DNA of 64,000 bases from an uncultured Thermodesulfobacteriota bacterium (GCA_964347335.1 CAYFYO010000003.1:6180-70179); one strand, 5' to 3'. Counted from the stretch's first letter, positions 9,480-19,385 are shown. Program-made: numbers and translations. The notes: a model not told the origin generated them from the sequence alone.

Positions 9480-10986
9480 GCTTATTATGAATGCCTCTTT
9501 GGAGGAAACCCGGGTAGCCCTCATTGAGGGGGGCACGGTTGTGGAAGTCCATATCGAGAGAAACAAAGATCGGAGCATTGTGGGGAACATTTATCGGGGC
9601 AGAACGGTGAAGGTTCTTCCGGGCATGCAGGCGGCCTTCGTGGATATCGGCCTGGAGCGCGCGGCCTTTCTGTATGTTTCGGATGCCTATAGCAGCATCA
9701 AGGAGTATTCTCAAATGTTGAATGAGGGTTTTGAGGATCAAGATGCGCTTGAGCTTCAGTCTCCCCATCCCTCCTTCATCGAATCTGTGCAGATTGAAGA
9801 CGTCGTTCGCGAGGGCCAAGAACTTCTCGTCCAGGTTTCTCGGGAGCCTCTAGGAACCAAGGGGACCCGAATCACTTCCCATATCAGCCTTCCGGGACGA
9901 TACCTTGTCTTCATGCCAACGGTGGATCACATTGGGGTTTCGAGACGAATCAGAGACGAGTCCGAAAGGCATCGGTTGAGGGATATTGTACTCGCTGTCA
10001 GACCTCCAGGTGCAGGATTCATCGTCAGGACAGCCAGTGAAGGGGCCCATGAAGAAGAATTCCGGAATGATATGGAAATGCTGACAAAAATTTGGGAAAA
10101 CGTTCAGCGCAAAAATGACGGGGCGCCGACTCCCAGCCTGATTCACAGCGATCACGACATGGTTCTGAGGGCGATCCGGGATCTGATTACACCGGATGTA
10201 AAGCGTGTGGTCATCGATTCAGCAGAGGACTACGAAAGGATAATTCATTTTGTCGAGACCTATATGCCTCGCATAAAATGCGACATCGATCTCTATACGG
10301 GGAGGACCCCAATCTTCGATGCCCACGGCATCGAAACAGAGCTAGACAAAGCTCTGAAGCGCAAGGTCTGGCTGAAGTCTGGTGGACACATCCTCATCGA
10401 GATGACAGAGGCACTGACGGCCATTGACGTGAATACAGGCAAATTCGTCGGGAAGAGGAATCTCGAAGAGACAATACTGAAAACCAACCTCGAGGCCGCC
10501 AAGGAAATTGCTTATCAGCTTCGTTTGAGAGATATCGGCGGTATCATTATCATCGATTTCATTGACATGGAGAAAGATTCGAATCGGGAAATGGTTCATC
10601 AGGCTCTCGAACTCGCCTTAGCAAAGGATCGCACCAAATCGAATATTTCGAAAATATCCGAGTTAGGGCTCGTTGAGATGACTCGGAAAAGAACGAGAGA
10701 GAATCTTAGCCAGCTCTTGGGAGAGACCTGTCCCCATTGTGAGGGGCTTGGATATGTGAAGTCGAAGACAACGATTTGCTATGAGATTTTTAGAGAAATC
10801 GAACGAATCTCCTCCGATCTTGGCGGCGATACAGTTATGGTCGACGTCAATCCTGAAGTTGCCGAGATGCTTTGCGACGAGGAAAGAGCAGGCATAGAAC
10901 ACCTCGAAAGGAAGTTAGGTAAGAGAATCGTCGTGCAGGAGATACCTCGCTTCGAGCAGAGTGAATTTGAGATTGTGGACGTGTGA
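9469..10986 (+). CDS. rng: ribonuclease G (Rne/Rng family, S1 domain)
   Basis: MVAELIMNASLEETRVALIEGG...GNIYRGRTVKVLPGMQAAFVDIGLERAAFLYVSD aligns with the E. coli RNase G N-terminus; ATG overlaps the upstream stop by 11 nt. Confidence 0.9.
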   Translation: MVAELIMNASLEETRVALIEGGTVVEVHIERNKDRSIVGNIYRGRTVKVLPGMQAAFVDIGLERAAFLYVSDAYSSIKEYSQMLNEGFEDQDALELQSPHPSFIESVQIEDVVREGQELLVQVSREPLGTKGTRITSHISLPGRYLVFMPTVDHIGVSRRIRDESERHRLRDIVLAVRPPGAGFIVRTASEGAHEEEFRNDMEMLTKIWENVQRKNDGAPTPSLIHSDHDMVLRAIRDLITPDVKRVVIDSAEDYERIIHFVETYMPRIKCDIDLYTGRTPIFDAHGIETELDKALKRKVWLKSGGHILIEMTEALTAIDVNTGKFVGKRNLEETILKTNLEAAKEIAYQLRLRDIGGIIIIDFIDMEKDSNREMVHQALELALAKDRTKSNISKISELGLVEMTRKRTRENLSQLLGETCPHCEGLGYVKSKTTICYEIFREIERISSDLGGDTVMVDVNPEVAEMLCDEERAGIEHLERKLGKRIVVQEIPRFEQSEFEIVDV

Positions 10987-11030
10987 GGTTCACCCGATCG
11001 GATTTCACAGATCCTCCCCCAGCAGGACGA

Positions 11031-11320
11031 GGGAAAAAGGGGTAAGGAGGGGAACTCCGAACAAGCATTTGTTATTTGTCATTCGTTATTTGTTCCTTGT
11101 TATTTGTCATTTGGCACTTAACCCTCAGTCTCTCGTCTCCAGTCTCTAACCTTAGTCTCTAGCCTCTATTCTCTAATCTGTGGGCTCTAATCTCTGATCT
11201 CAACTCTCTACTCTCTCGTCTATGGCCTCTCGTCTCTGGCCTTTATCCTTGAACCTTTATCCTCTGACCCATGAGCCGGCCCCACGGCTTTCGCAAAGTC
11301 CCTCAGGGACAAAAGGATAT
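11031..11320 (+). repeat. intergenic heptanucleotide tandem-repeat element, copy 1
   Basis: About 34 consecutive degenerate 7-mers in one register (gggaaaa|aggggta|...|catttgt|tatttgt|...|tctctcg|tctccag|...|ctttatc|cttgaac|ctttatc|ctctgac), then conserved hairpin gtccctcagggac; homologous to copies at 19386 and 24030. Confidence 0.8.
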
Positions 11321-11352
11321 CTGAAACTCGAGAAATTGTTTCGAGTCGAACA

Positions 11353-11381
11353 TTGACTTTTCACGGGAAATGGCTTATTTT
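11353..11381 (+). promoter_or_regulatory. sigma70-like promoter for the rplU operon
   Basis: TTGACT-17 nt-TATTTT, 37 bp upstream of the rplU ATG. Confidence 0.5.
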
Positions 11382-11417
11382 TTGGGTTTGTTTTCCTTAT
11401 CCTAGAGGGATTACAGC

Positions 11418-11729
11418 ATGTATGCGATATTCGAGACAGGAGGAAAGCAGTATAAGGCGTCGGAAGGCGATCTTGTCCGGGTTGAGCGCCTGAATGGTCG
11501 GGTTGGCGACGAGGTCCGGATCACCGATGTATTGATGGTCGCTGACAAAAAGGGGCACAAGATCGGTACCCCGCTTGTGCCCAAGGCCCAGGTTATTGGG
11601 CAGATCGTTGAGCAGGGAAGGGACCGGAAGATCATCGTCTTTAAGCATAAACGGCGCAAGGGTTACCGCCGGAAAATCGGCCATCGTCAACCTTACACCT
11701 GTTTAAGAATCGACAAAATCAAGGGATGA
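11418..11729 (+). CDS. rplU: 50S ribosomal protein L21
   Basis: [25 protein letters not shown] conserved L21 N-terminus. Confidence 0.95.
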   Translation: MYAIFETGGKQYKASEGDLVRVERLNGRVGDEVRITDVLMVADKKGHKIGTPLVPKAQVIGQIVEQGRDRKIIVFKHKRRKGYRRKIGHRQPYTCLRIDKIKG

Positions 11730-11760
11730 GACACCTCGTGGGTCTCAGGAGGTACCGTTC

Positions 11761-12015
11761 ATGGCACACAAGAAGGCAGGTGGGAGCTCTCGGAATGGGA
11801 GAGACAGTGCTGGACAGCGCCTCGGGGTAAAGAGGTTTGGGGGACAGGTCGTGAGGGCTGGCCATATACTGGTCCGACAGCGAGGAACCAAAATCCACCC
11901 TGGAACCAATGTGGGTATGGGTCGAGACTACACCCTTTTTGCGAGAATAGACGGCAGGGTTCAATTTGAAAAAAGAGGAAAAGACAAGACGCTCGTCAAT
12001 ATAGTCGTCCCTTGA
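11761..12015 (+). CDS. rpmA: 50S ribosomal protein L27
   Basis: [29 protein letters not shown] conserved L27. Confidence 0.95.
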   Translation: MAHKKAGGSSRNGRDSAGQRLGVKRFGGQVVRAGHILVRQRGTKIHPGTNVGMGRDYTLFARIDGRVQFEKRGKDKTLVNIVVP

Positions 12016-12052
12016 TGCCCTCCTCACTGGTCTCTCAATACACAATGACCTT

Positions 12053-13114
12053 ATGAGATTCATCGATCGTGCCAAGGCCTATGTCCGCGCCGGTAATGGG
12101 GGGAATGGCTGCGTTAGTCTTCGGAGGAAGCGATTCCAACCCAAGGGGGGGCCCGACGGAGGGGATGGGGGCAAAGGAGGAGACGTTATCTTTGTCGGCG
12201 ACGCTCAGATGGCGGGTCTCCACGATCTCTCTTCTCGTCCTCGCCTCATCGCCCAGGACGGACAACAGGGCAAGGGGAATAACCAATCCGGAAGGGATGG
12301 CCACGATCTAGTCGTTCGCCTTCCTATAGGTACGCTCGTGATTGACGCGAGGACCAATGATGTTCTAGAGGATTTGAACGAGGACCAGAAGAGATTCTTG
12401 GCAGCACGGGGAGGACGTGGAGGTCGTGGCAATGCAAGATTTGTCACGCCTTCAAACCAGGCCCCGCGGCGGGCACAGAAGGGAGAGAAAGGAGAGGCCC
12501 GCTGGCTCAGGTTTGAATTGAAACTTGCCGCGGACGTCGCACTCATCGGCCGCCCAAATGCGGGAAAGTCCACCCTTATCTCCAAGATCTCCTCGGCCAG
12601 ACCCCGGATTGCCGACTATCCTTTCACGACGAAATCGCCTCACTTGGGAGTCGTGAGGTACGGCGACTTCAAGAGTTTCGTCGTCGCTGATACACCCGGT
12701 TTGATTGAGAACGCCCACCGAGGGTGTGGCCTCGGAATAGATTTTCTCAAGCATGTGGAGAGAACGGCACTCCTTGTCCATGTCCTCGATATCACACGAC
12801 TTCCCGATCAAAGTCCTCTCGAAGATTATGAGATTCTCATAAGAGAGCTCGGGGCCTTCAGCCCTGCACTTCGAGAAAAACCCCATCTGGTTGCCATCAA
12901 CAAAGTGGATCTACTCGATTCCTCTCAGCCATTGGAGGAAACCGAGCGGATATTTGCAGAATTGGGTATCAGCCCCCTTCCGATCTCTGCCCTCACGGAA
13001 AAGGGGCTCGGTGTTTTGGTTGAAGAAATCGCACAGAGGCTCGAAGAACTAAAACCCATTGTCTCAGAGAGAGGATCCATTGGCACGCAAGAACCCTCGA
13101 CCCGGCATCTTTAA
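12053..13114 (+). CDS. obg: GTPase Obg/CgtA
   Basis: Glycine-rich Obg fold N-terminus (RAGNGGNGCVSLRRKRF, GGDGGKGGDV), G1 GRPNAGKST, G3 DTPG, G4 NKVD. Confidence 0.95.
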   Translation: MRFIDRAKAYVRAGNGGNGCVSLRRKRFQPKGGPDGGDGGKGGDVIFVGDAQMAGLHDLSSRPRLIAQDGQQGKGNNQSGRDGHDLVVRLPIGTLVIDARTNDVLEDLNEDQKRFLAARGGRGGRGNARFVTPSNQAPRRAQKGEKGEARWLRFELKLAADVALIGRPNAGKSTLISKISSARPRIADYPFTTKSPHLGVVRYGDFKSFVVADTPGLIENAHRGCGLGIDFLKHVERTALLVHVLDITRLPDQSPLEDYEILIRELGAFSPALREKPHLVAINKVDLLDSSQPLEETERIFAELGISPLPISALTEKGLGVLVEEIAQRLEELKPIVSERGSIGTQEPSTRHL

Positions 13115-14216
13115 AAGGGCCAGACGAATTGTGATCAAGATAGGTTCGAGCGTTCTTGTAGAAAAAGGGCTCGGCCTCGATCTTGTGGCCTTTTCCAAAC
13201 TGGCCAAGCAGATCTCGAAGCTTCACAGCGGTTCCCGAGAGATCGTCCTGGTCACATCTGGTGCAATCGCCGCCGGCATGGAAAAACTCGAATACCGGCG
13301 AAGACCCGATGACATCCCTCACATTCAGGCTGCAGCGGCGGTTGGACAGACGTATTTGATGAAGATATACCAGGACTGTTTTGCAAATTACCATAAGAAG
13401 GTCGCGCAGATCCTCCTGACCCATGATGACCTTGGCAACCGCCGCCGGTATCTGAATGCGAGGAATACGCTATTAACCCTCATAAAACTGGGTTTTATTC
13501 CGATCGTAAATGAGAATGATACGGTTGCCGTCGAGGAGATCAAATTCGGTGATAATGACAACCTCTCTGCACTCGTCACATCCCTGGTGAGTGCGGATCT
13601 CCTGATTATGCTCTCCGACATCGAGGGGCTATATGACGGTGATCCGAAACTCGGTGAGCGAGCAAAGTTGATTCATCTCGTGGAGGACATCGATCGAGAA
13701 ATCTTGGATTGTGCCAAGGAGACAACGAATCCCCTGTGCATTGGCGGAATGGCCAGCAAGATTGAGGCGGCGCGGAAAGCCGTTCGATTTGGCGTCTCGA
13801 CAGTCATTGCAAACGGGAGAGTCGATAGCATTCTCAATCGAATTCTCGAGGGAGAAGTCGTGGGAACGCTTTTTCTGCCTCTGGCCGATCGTTTGAGCAG
13901 CCGAAAACAGTGGATTGCCTATGGTCTCAAACCGGCCGGCCGGATCGTCGTCGACGAAGGCGCCAAAAAGGCCCTCGTTTCGGATGGAAAGAGTCTCTTG
14001 CCGACAGGCATTATTGACGTAGAAGGTGATTTCGAGCGGGGAGATTCAATCTCCTGCTTCGATTCGAAAGGATTGGAGTTTGCCAGGGGGCTGGTGAACT
14101 ATAACCGCCAAGAACTTCAGAGCATCCAAGGGAAGCGGAGCCGGGAGATCGAAGGACTTATTGGATACAAATATAGCGACGAAATCATCCATCGCGATGA
14201 TCTCGTCGTTCTTTAA
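13059..14216 (+). CDS. proB: glutamate 5-kinase
   Basis: IVIKIGSSVL N-terminal kinase motif and C-terminal PUA domain; true start probably downstream (TTG around 13080 or GTG around 13129), because ATG 13059 overlaps obg by 56 nt. Confidence 0.9.
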   Translation: MSQREDPLARKNPRPGIFKRARRIVIKIGSSVLVEKGLGLDLVAFSKLAKQISKLHSGSREIVLVTSGAIAAGMEKLEYRRRPDDIPHIQAAAAVGQTYLMKIYQDCFANYHKKVAQILLTHDDLGNRRRYLNARNTLLTLIKLGFIPIVNENDTVAVEEIKFGDNDNLSALVTSLVSADLLIMLSDIEGLYDGDPKLGERAKLIHLVEDIDREILDCAKETTNPLCIGGMASKIEAARKAVRFGVSTVIANGRVDSILNRILEGEVVGTLFLPLADRLSSRKQWIAYGLKPAGRIVVDEGAKKALVSDGKSLLPTGIIDVEGDFERGDSISCFDSKGLEFARGLVNYNRQELQSIQGKRSREIEGLIGYKYSDEIIHRDDLVVL

Positions 14217-14237
14217 ATAAGTCGTTCAAGAGGTCAA

Positions 14238-15494
14238 ATGGCACTCGGAGAGAGAATCCAGGATATTGGATATCGGGCGAAGATGGCAGCGACTGAGCTG
14301 GCGAAAGCTGACACTGCTGTCAAGAATCGAGCCATCATACGAATCGCCGACTCGCTTGTCGCATCCCGAGAAATCCTCCAGGCAGAGAACGAGAAGGACC
14401 TGCGCCTTGCCACAGAGAAAGGGCTGTCCCCTGGCATGACCGACCGACTCACGCTCAAGGATTCGACCATCCAGGAAATGGCCGAGGGGCTGCAGGTGGT
14501 GGCTTCCCTCCCTGATCCTGTTGGCGAGGTGGTCCGAATGTGGAGGCGACCCAACGGTCTTCAGGTGGGAAGGATGAGGATCCCCCTCGGTGTCATTGGG
14601 ATCATTTATGAATCTCGCCCCAATGTCACGGCCGATGCCGCTGGACTCTGTCTCAAATCGGGAAACGCCGTGATCCTGCGGGGAGGCTCCGAGGCTATCA
14701 ACTCTAATCGGGCCATATGTGCCGTTCTCCAATCAGCCCTCGAGCAGACAGGGCTGCCTGTCGACGCCATCCAGTTAATCCCCATGATCGAACGAGAAGC
14801 CGTGCATGAGATGCTCCGCCTCGAAGACTCAATCGACGTTATCATTCCCAGAGGTGGGGAGGAGCTCATTCGTTTTGTCGTCGAGAACTCGAAAATACCG
14901 GTGATCAAGCATTACAAGGGGGTCTGCCACGTCTTCGTGGATGAAAGTGCCGATCTCGAAATGGCCGAGAGAATCTGCGTCAATGCAAAGGTCCAACGCC
15001 CGAGTGTCTGTAATGCCATGGAGACGCTACTGGTCCATGAGGCTGTTGGCCAGCAATTTCTTCCGAGGATCGCCAAATCCCTGGAAGACGAGGGCGTGGA
15101 ACTCAGAGGATGCCCAAAGACCCGTGAGGTTCTTCCTCACATCAAGACAGCCCAACCAGACGATTGGGGGAAGGAGTTTCTCGACCTCATTCTCTCCGTA
15201 AAAGTCGTTCGCGATTTTGACGAGGCCATAAAACATATCGAGACTCATGGATCGATGCACACGGACGCAATCATCACAGCGAGCTATGAGAGGGCTCAGA
15301 GATTTCTCAGAGATGTCAATTCTTCCTGCGTTTTTGTGAATGCATCGACCCGCTTTAGCGACGGCCATCAGCTAGGTCTTGGCGCCGAGATTGGGATAAG
15401 CACGACCAAGCTTCATGCCTTTGGTCCTATGGGACTAGAGGAGTTGACAACGACCAAGTTCGTTGCCTATGGGAATGGACAGATCAGGGAATAG
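14238..15494 (+). CDS. proA: gamma-glutamyl phosphate reductase
   Basis: Full-length ProA homology; catalytic Cys in KGVCHVFVD. Confidence 0.95.
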   Translation: MALGERIQDIGYRAKMAATELAKADTAVKNRAIIRIADSLVASREILQAENEKDLRLATEKGLSPGMTDRLTLKDSTIQEMAEGLQVVASLPDPVGEVVRMWRRPNGLQVGRMRIPLGVIGIIYESRPNVTADAAGLCLKSGNAVILRGGSEAINSNRAICAVLQSALEQTGLPVDAIQLIPMIEREAVHEMLRLEDSIDVIIPRGGEELIRFVVENSKIPVIKHYKGVCHVFVDESADLEMAERICVNAKVQRPSVCNAMETLLVHEAVGQQFLPRIAKSLEDEGVELRGCPKTREVLPHIKTAQPDDWGKEFLDLILSVKVVRDFDEAIKHIETHGSMHTDAIITASYERAQRFLRDVNSSCVFVNASTRFSDGHQLGLGAEIGISTTKLHAFGPMGLEELTTTKFVAYGNGQIRE

Positions 15495-15583
15495 GGGCCG
15501 TTCCGCAAAGACTTATGATCATAATGGGCGAACACCAAAAACTCAGGAAACTCCGCTGAAATACCAGGAAAGGGAGGGTCACG

Positions 15584-16246
15584 GTGCGCCTGGGACTTCT
15601 CGGGGGAACATTTAACCCCATCCATCTCGCACATCTGAGGGGAGCGGAGGAGGCCCGTGAGGTGTTCGATTTACAAAGGATTTATTTCATCCCTGCAGCG
15701 ATTCCACCGCACAAGAACGAACGAATCAGAGTATCCCCAGAGGATCGACTCAAAATGGTTCGGCTCGCCGTCCAGGAAAACCCGGCTTTTTCAGTCTCAG
15801 ATGTCGAACTGCTCCGAGAGGGGAAGTCCTATTCGGTTGAAACCATCCACTATTTTCGAGACCGTTATCAAGGGGCAGAACTCTTTTTTCTTGTGGGACT
15901 GGACTCTTTCCTGGAGGTCACGACATGGAAAAGTTACGAGAATCTCTTCTCTCTAAGTCACTTTGTAGTGTTCAACCGGCCTGGCTCGCACCGATGTGAA
16001 CCGACAGATCTTTCTCCTCCTGAATTCTGGGCCAAATTTCGTGTGGGAGAGGACAGCAGCCAGTGGATTTTCCTTCCGTCTGGTCTCGTGACACACTTCC
16101 TGAAAAAGCCAGTCATGGATATCTCCTCCACAGAAATCCGTGAGCGAATTCGGGCTGGCAAATCGGTCCGCTACATGATGACGGCAGAGGTGGAAGATTA
16201 CATTTACAAGAACCGATTCTACTCAGAATCCGGTCACGACTCATAA
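15584..16246 (+). CDS. nadD: nicotinate-nucleotide adenylyltransferase
   Basis: GGTFNPIHLAHL (H/T-x-G-H) nucleotidyltransferase motif; GTG start. Confidence 0.9.
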   Translation: MRLGLLGGTFNPIHLAHLRGAEEAREVFDLQRIYFIPAAIPPHKNERIRVSPEDRLKMVRLAVQENPAFSVSDVELLREGKSYSVETIHYFRDRYQGAELFFLVGLDSFLEVTTWKSYENLFSLSHFVVFNRPGSHRCEPTDLSPPEFWAKFRVGEDSSQWIFLPSGLVTHFLKKPVMDISSTEIRERIRAGKSVRYMMTAEVEDYIYKNRFYSESGHDS

Positions 16247-16371
16247 TGCCATCACCGGCTCATTGGGGCATCCTCATTTCCCTGACCGACCGGTATGATT
16301 TCTCTTTCAATTTACGCCTTTTTCTGTTATATAAATTCCACTTCGCCCATCAAAGGTCTCTCTGAGGAGGT

Positions 16372-16761
16372 ATGACCGAGAGTTCCAGAAAAAAGTCTCT
16401 TACGTGCTGGAACGCCGCCGTCAAGAAGAAGGCTTCTGACATCGTTCTTTTGAAACTCAAGGGGATTATCTCCTATGCGGACTACTTTCTCCTCTGCAGT
16501 GGCAGGTCGGATCGGCAGGTGCAGGCCATCGCCCAATCCATTGAGATAGAATTGGGAAAACGAGGCCATCGTGTGTTCGGAATCGAGGGCAGGAGCGGCG
16601 GGAGATGGGTATTGATGGACTACGGCGATGTGATTGTCCATATCTTCCAGGAATCGGTTCGACGGTTTTATGATTTAGAGGGCCTGTGGATCGAGGCTCC
16701 ACGGATCGATCTGAGACCTGGGCAGACGAGTCGAAAGATGAGCAAAAAGGGGAAAAACTGA
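16372..16761 (+). CDS. rsfS: ribosomal silencing factor RsfS (Iojap)
   Basis: LLKLKGIISYADYFLLCSGRSDRQVQAI conserved RsfS core; conserved position after nadD. Confidence 0.85.
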   Translation: MTESSRKKSLTCWNAAVKKKASDIVLLKLKGIISYADYFLLCSGRSDRQVQAIAQSIEIELGKRGHRVFGIEGRSGGRWVLMDYGDVIVHIFQESVRRFYDLEGLWIEAPRIDLRPGQTSRKMSKKGKN

Positions 16762-16765
16762 GATC

Positions 16766-17149
16766 GTGAAACAACAGAAAATAAAGCGCCGAGAAGTTGG
16801 AAAGTTCAGGAATATCCTGCTACAGAAGCGGGAGGAAATCATTGGTGAGGTGAGGCAGATTCATGCCTCCTCTCAGGAAATGGGCCAGGACGGTATTCAG
16901 GACATGGCGGACGAGGCCTCTAACCTCTACGCGAAACAGGTTCTGATGAGCCTCAGCGAGAATCAAAGACAGGCGCTTCGACAGGTTGATGAGGCTCTCG
17001 ATCGGATCCAGGAGGGAACCTACGGAATCTGCGAGAGCTGTGGAGAATCCATCGGCCTAAAGCGTCTTCAGATCAGACCCTTTGCGAAGTACTGCGTCCA
17101 ATGTCAAGATTCCATCGAGAGGCAGACAAACGAGACCTCCATCGAATGA
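16766..17149 (+). CDS. DksA/TraR-family C4 zinc-finger protein
   Basis: Coiled-coil N-terminus plus CESCGESI...CVQC four-Cys zinc finger; possible GTG start at 16757. Confidence 0.7.
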   Translation: MKQQKIKRREVGKFRNILLQKREEIIGEVRQIHASSQEMGQDGIQDMADEASNLYAKQVLMSLSENQRQALRQVDEALDRIQEGTYGICESCGESIGLKRLQIRPFAKYCVQCQDSIERQTNETSIE

Positions 17150-17179
17150 ATACACAACCACCTTTCACGAGGGAAGCCA

Positions 17180-18514
17180 TTGGCACTCAGGGTTATCCTG
17201 TTTATTGTGATCCTCATCTTGTCCCTGCTCGGATATTTGACATACCTGAATCATGAGATTTCCACCACAATTTTTCTCGTCAAAGGAAAACCTCTCTCAA
17301 CATCTCTGCCAGCCGTAATTATCATCTCTTTTGCGTCAGGAGCCTTGATCGTTTTCTTGGCAAGTCTTGTCCGAGATCTATTGCAGGGCTGGAAAGAGCT
17401 GAGGACGGAGAGAAAGGCAAAAAAGAGAAAGAGCCTGCAAGTAGAGATCGAGAGAGGATTGAATTCCCTGAGTAAGGGCGACCTGGAAAAAGCCAAAATC
17501 CACCTGACAAACGCATTGAAAATCGATCCCGAGAATTTGAGTATCTATTCGCAATTGAGCGAGATCCATGCGAGCGAGGGACACCTCGAAGCGGCCATTG
17601 AGGCGTTAGAGAGGGCACTGGCCATCGATCCACAGAACACGAAAATGATTTCGAAAAAGGCCAGACTATACCGCGAGATGGGCAATATGAAGCTGGCTAC
17701 TGAACTACTCGAACAGGTTCGAACGATTGATCCCGAGAATCAAACGATCCTGGCGGAACTGAGGGATCTCTATGTTCAACAAAAGAGATGGGAAGAAGCC
17801 CTCGCCCTTCAGGCAAAAGTCGTGCGGGCCGTGAGCAAAGGTGCCGATGCTTCTCGAGAAGAAGGCGCCTACGTAGGATTCAAGTATGAGTATGCACAAT
17901 CACTGACCACGGATGGAAGCGACGAGTCCTTGGAAAAGGCGCTCAAGTTGTGCAAGGAGGTCGTCAGACAGCAGAAGGAATTTCAGCCAGCCTATCTGTT
18001 ACTGGGAAATTTATATCAAAAACAAAAGCGATGGGCCGAGGCGGGTAAGATCCTCGGCAGGGGATTCCGTGTGTCCAGGAATGTCATTTTTCTCCATCAC
18101 CTCGAGGACCTTTACCTCAGGAGAGACGATCGCAAAACGCTTCTCAAGATTTATCGACGGATCCTTGAGAACAATCCTAATAATCCTGTCATCTCCTTCC
18201 TCTATTCGAGACTATGCCTTAAGCTGAACATGCCGGACGAGGCGATGGACGAGCTCGTGGAAATCAGCAAGCGGGAGAAGGACATCCCCGCTATCCACGG
18301 CCTTATGGCCGAGGTGTTTGTGCACAAAGGACAACTTGGCAAGGCAGTTCGGGAGTACAAGAAGACGACCGAACTTACGGGTTCCCTCCAGTTGCCCTTC
18401 TTTTGTCGATCTTGCCGAAGAGAATCCCTCGAATGGATCGCACGTTGTCCCTCTTGTCATCAGTGGAACACTTATTTCCAGGCATATGAAAGTTCCGATC
18501 AAAGCCCTGACTGA
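17180..18514 (+). CDS. LapB(YciM)-like TPR protein with LapA-like N-terminal membrane segment and C-terminal rubredoxin-type zinc ribbon
   Basis: Two N-terminal TM helices, multiple TPR repeats, C-terminal CRSCRRESLEWIARCPSCHQW. Confidence 0.6.
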   Translation: MALRVILFIVILILSLLGYLTYLNHEISTTIFLVKGKPLSTSLPAVIIISFASGALIVFLASLVRDLLQGWKELRTERKAKKRKSLQVEIERGLNSLSKGDLEKAKIHLTNALKIDPENLSIYSQLSEIHASEGHLEAAIEALERALAIDPQNTKMISKKARLYREMGNMKLATELLEQVRTIDPENQTILAELRDLYVQQKRWEEALALQAKVVRAVSKGADASREEGAYVGFKYEYAQSLTTDGSDESLEKALKLCKEVVRQQKEFQPAYLLLGNLYQKQKRWAEAGKILGRGFRVSRNVIFLHHLEDLYLRRDDRKTLLKIYRRILENNPNNPVISFLYSRLCLKLNMPDEAMDELVEISKREKDIPAIHGLMAEVFVHKGQLGKAVREYKKTTELTGSLQLPFFCRSCRRESLEWIARCPSCHQWNTYFQAYESSDQSPD

Positions 18515-19199
18515 TTTCATATTCCCTCCAAGATGCCCACTGTGTTCCTCTCAGACTGAGTCACCCGACTCCCATTCTCTTTGCCCATCCTGCTTCTCAG
18601 AGGTCACCTTTATCGGCCCACCCTTTTGCATCAAATGTGGCATCCCTTTTGCTTCCCCAGCCGACGAAAGTCACCTCTGTGGACGGTGTCTGTCCCGGGC
18701 GGGTGCCTACACCATGGCGAGATCTCTCTGTGCGTTTTCTGGTTCCATCAAAGCCTCGATTCATGCCTTTAAGTATCAAAACAAAACATACCTGGCCAAG
18801 GCTTTGGTCGGCCTTATCGAAAAAAGCCCTCTCCCCATTCGGATCGATCCATATGATCGACTCGTGCCCGTTCCGCTTCACAGGAATCGCCTGAGGCATC
18901 GGGGCTATAACCAGTGCCTCCTCCTCGCCAGTGAAATTTCCCGTCGGTACCGTACGCCCATGGATAATCGCCTATTGAAGAGAATCCGAGATTCCGTCCC
19001 ACAGGTCGAACTCGCTGGGTCCAAGAGGGAGAGGAATGTGAAGGGCGCATTCTCTCTCGCGGGAGATCCCGCTGACAGTAGCGTCCTCCTCGTCGATGAC
19101 GTCTTTACAACCGGTGCCACGGTGGATGAATGCGCGAGGGTGTTGCTCAAGGGAGGGGCCAAGAGGGTAGACGTGCTCACCGTTGCCAGGACGCTGTAA
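18486..19199 (+). CDS. comF: ComF-family phosphoribosyltransferase-domain protein
   Basis: N-terminal Cys pairs (CPLC, CPSC, CIKC, CGRC) and PRTase motif VLLVDDVFTTGAT; ATG 18486 overlaps the lapB-like stop. Confidence 0.7.
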   Translation: MKVPIKALTDFIFPPRCPLCSSQTESPDSHSLCPSCFSEVTFIGPPFCIKCGIPFASPADESHLCGRCLSRAGAYTMARSLCAFSGSIKASIHAFKYQNKTYLAKALVGLIEKSPLPIRIDPYDRLVPVPLHRNRLRHRGYNQCLLLASEISRRYRTPMDNRLLKRIRDSVPQVELAGSKRERNVKGAFSLAGDPADSSVLLVDDVFTTGATVDECARVLLKGGAKRVDVLTVARTL

Positions 19200-19385
19200 T
19201 TTCCCAACCCGATGTCTATGACGATGAAGCCTTTAAAGTTTCCAGGGTATTACATGATCAATGATCGGCACGGCTTGAATGTCCCAATGATTTCGATTTC
19301 TCCTGGTAAACTCCATTGTCTCTTCCACTCGGACGCTCCCGCTGTGACCCTCTCTGGCTTCGTACACTCTCCTGTAGGAGGTCAA

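Noticed and set aside
11031-11320. CRISPR array interpretation of the repetitive intergenic elements
   Set aside because: Repeat unit is 7 bp and contiguous, with no 25-40 bp repeats separated by unique spacers, and no cas genes. Not CRISPR.
13059-13114. ATG 13059 as the true proB start
   Set aside because: It would overlap obg by 56 nt. The conserved ProB N-terminal motif begins about 20 codons later, so an internal TTG or GTG start is more plausible. Boundaries are reported with that caveat.
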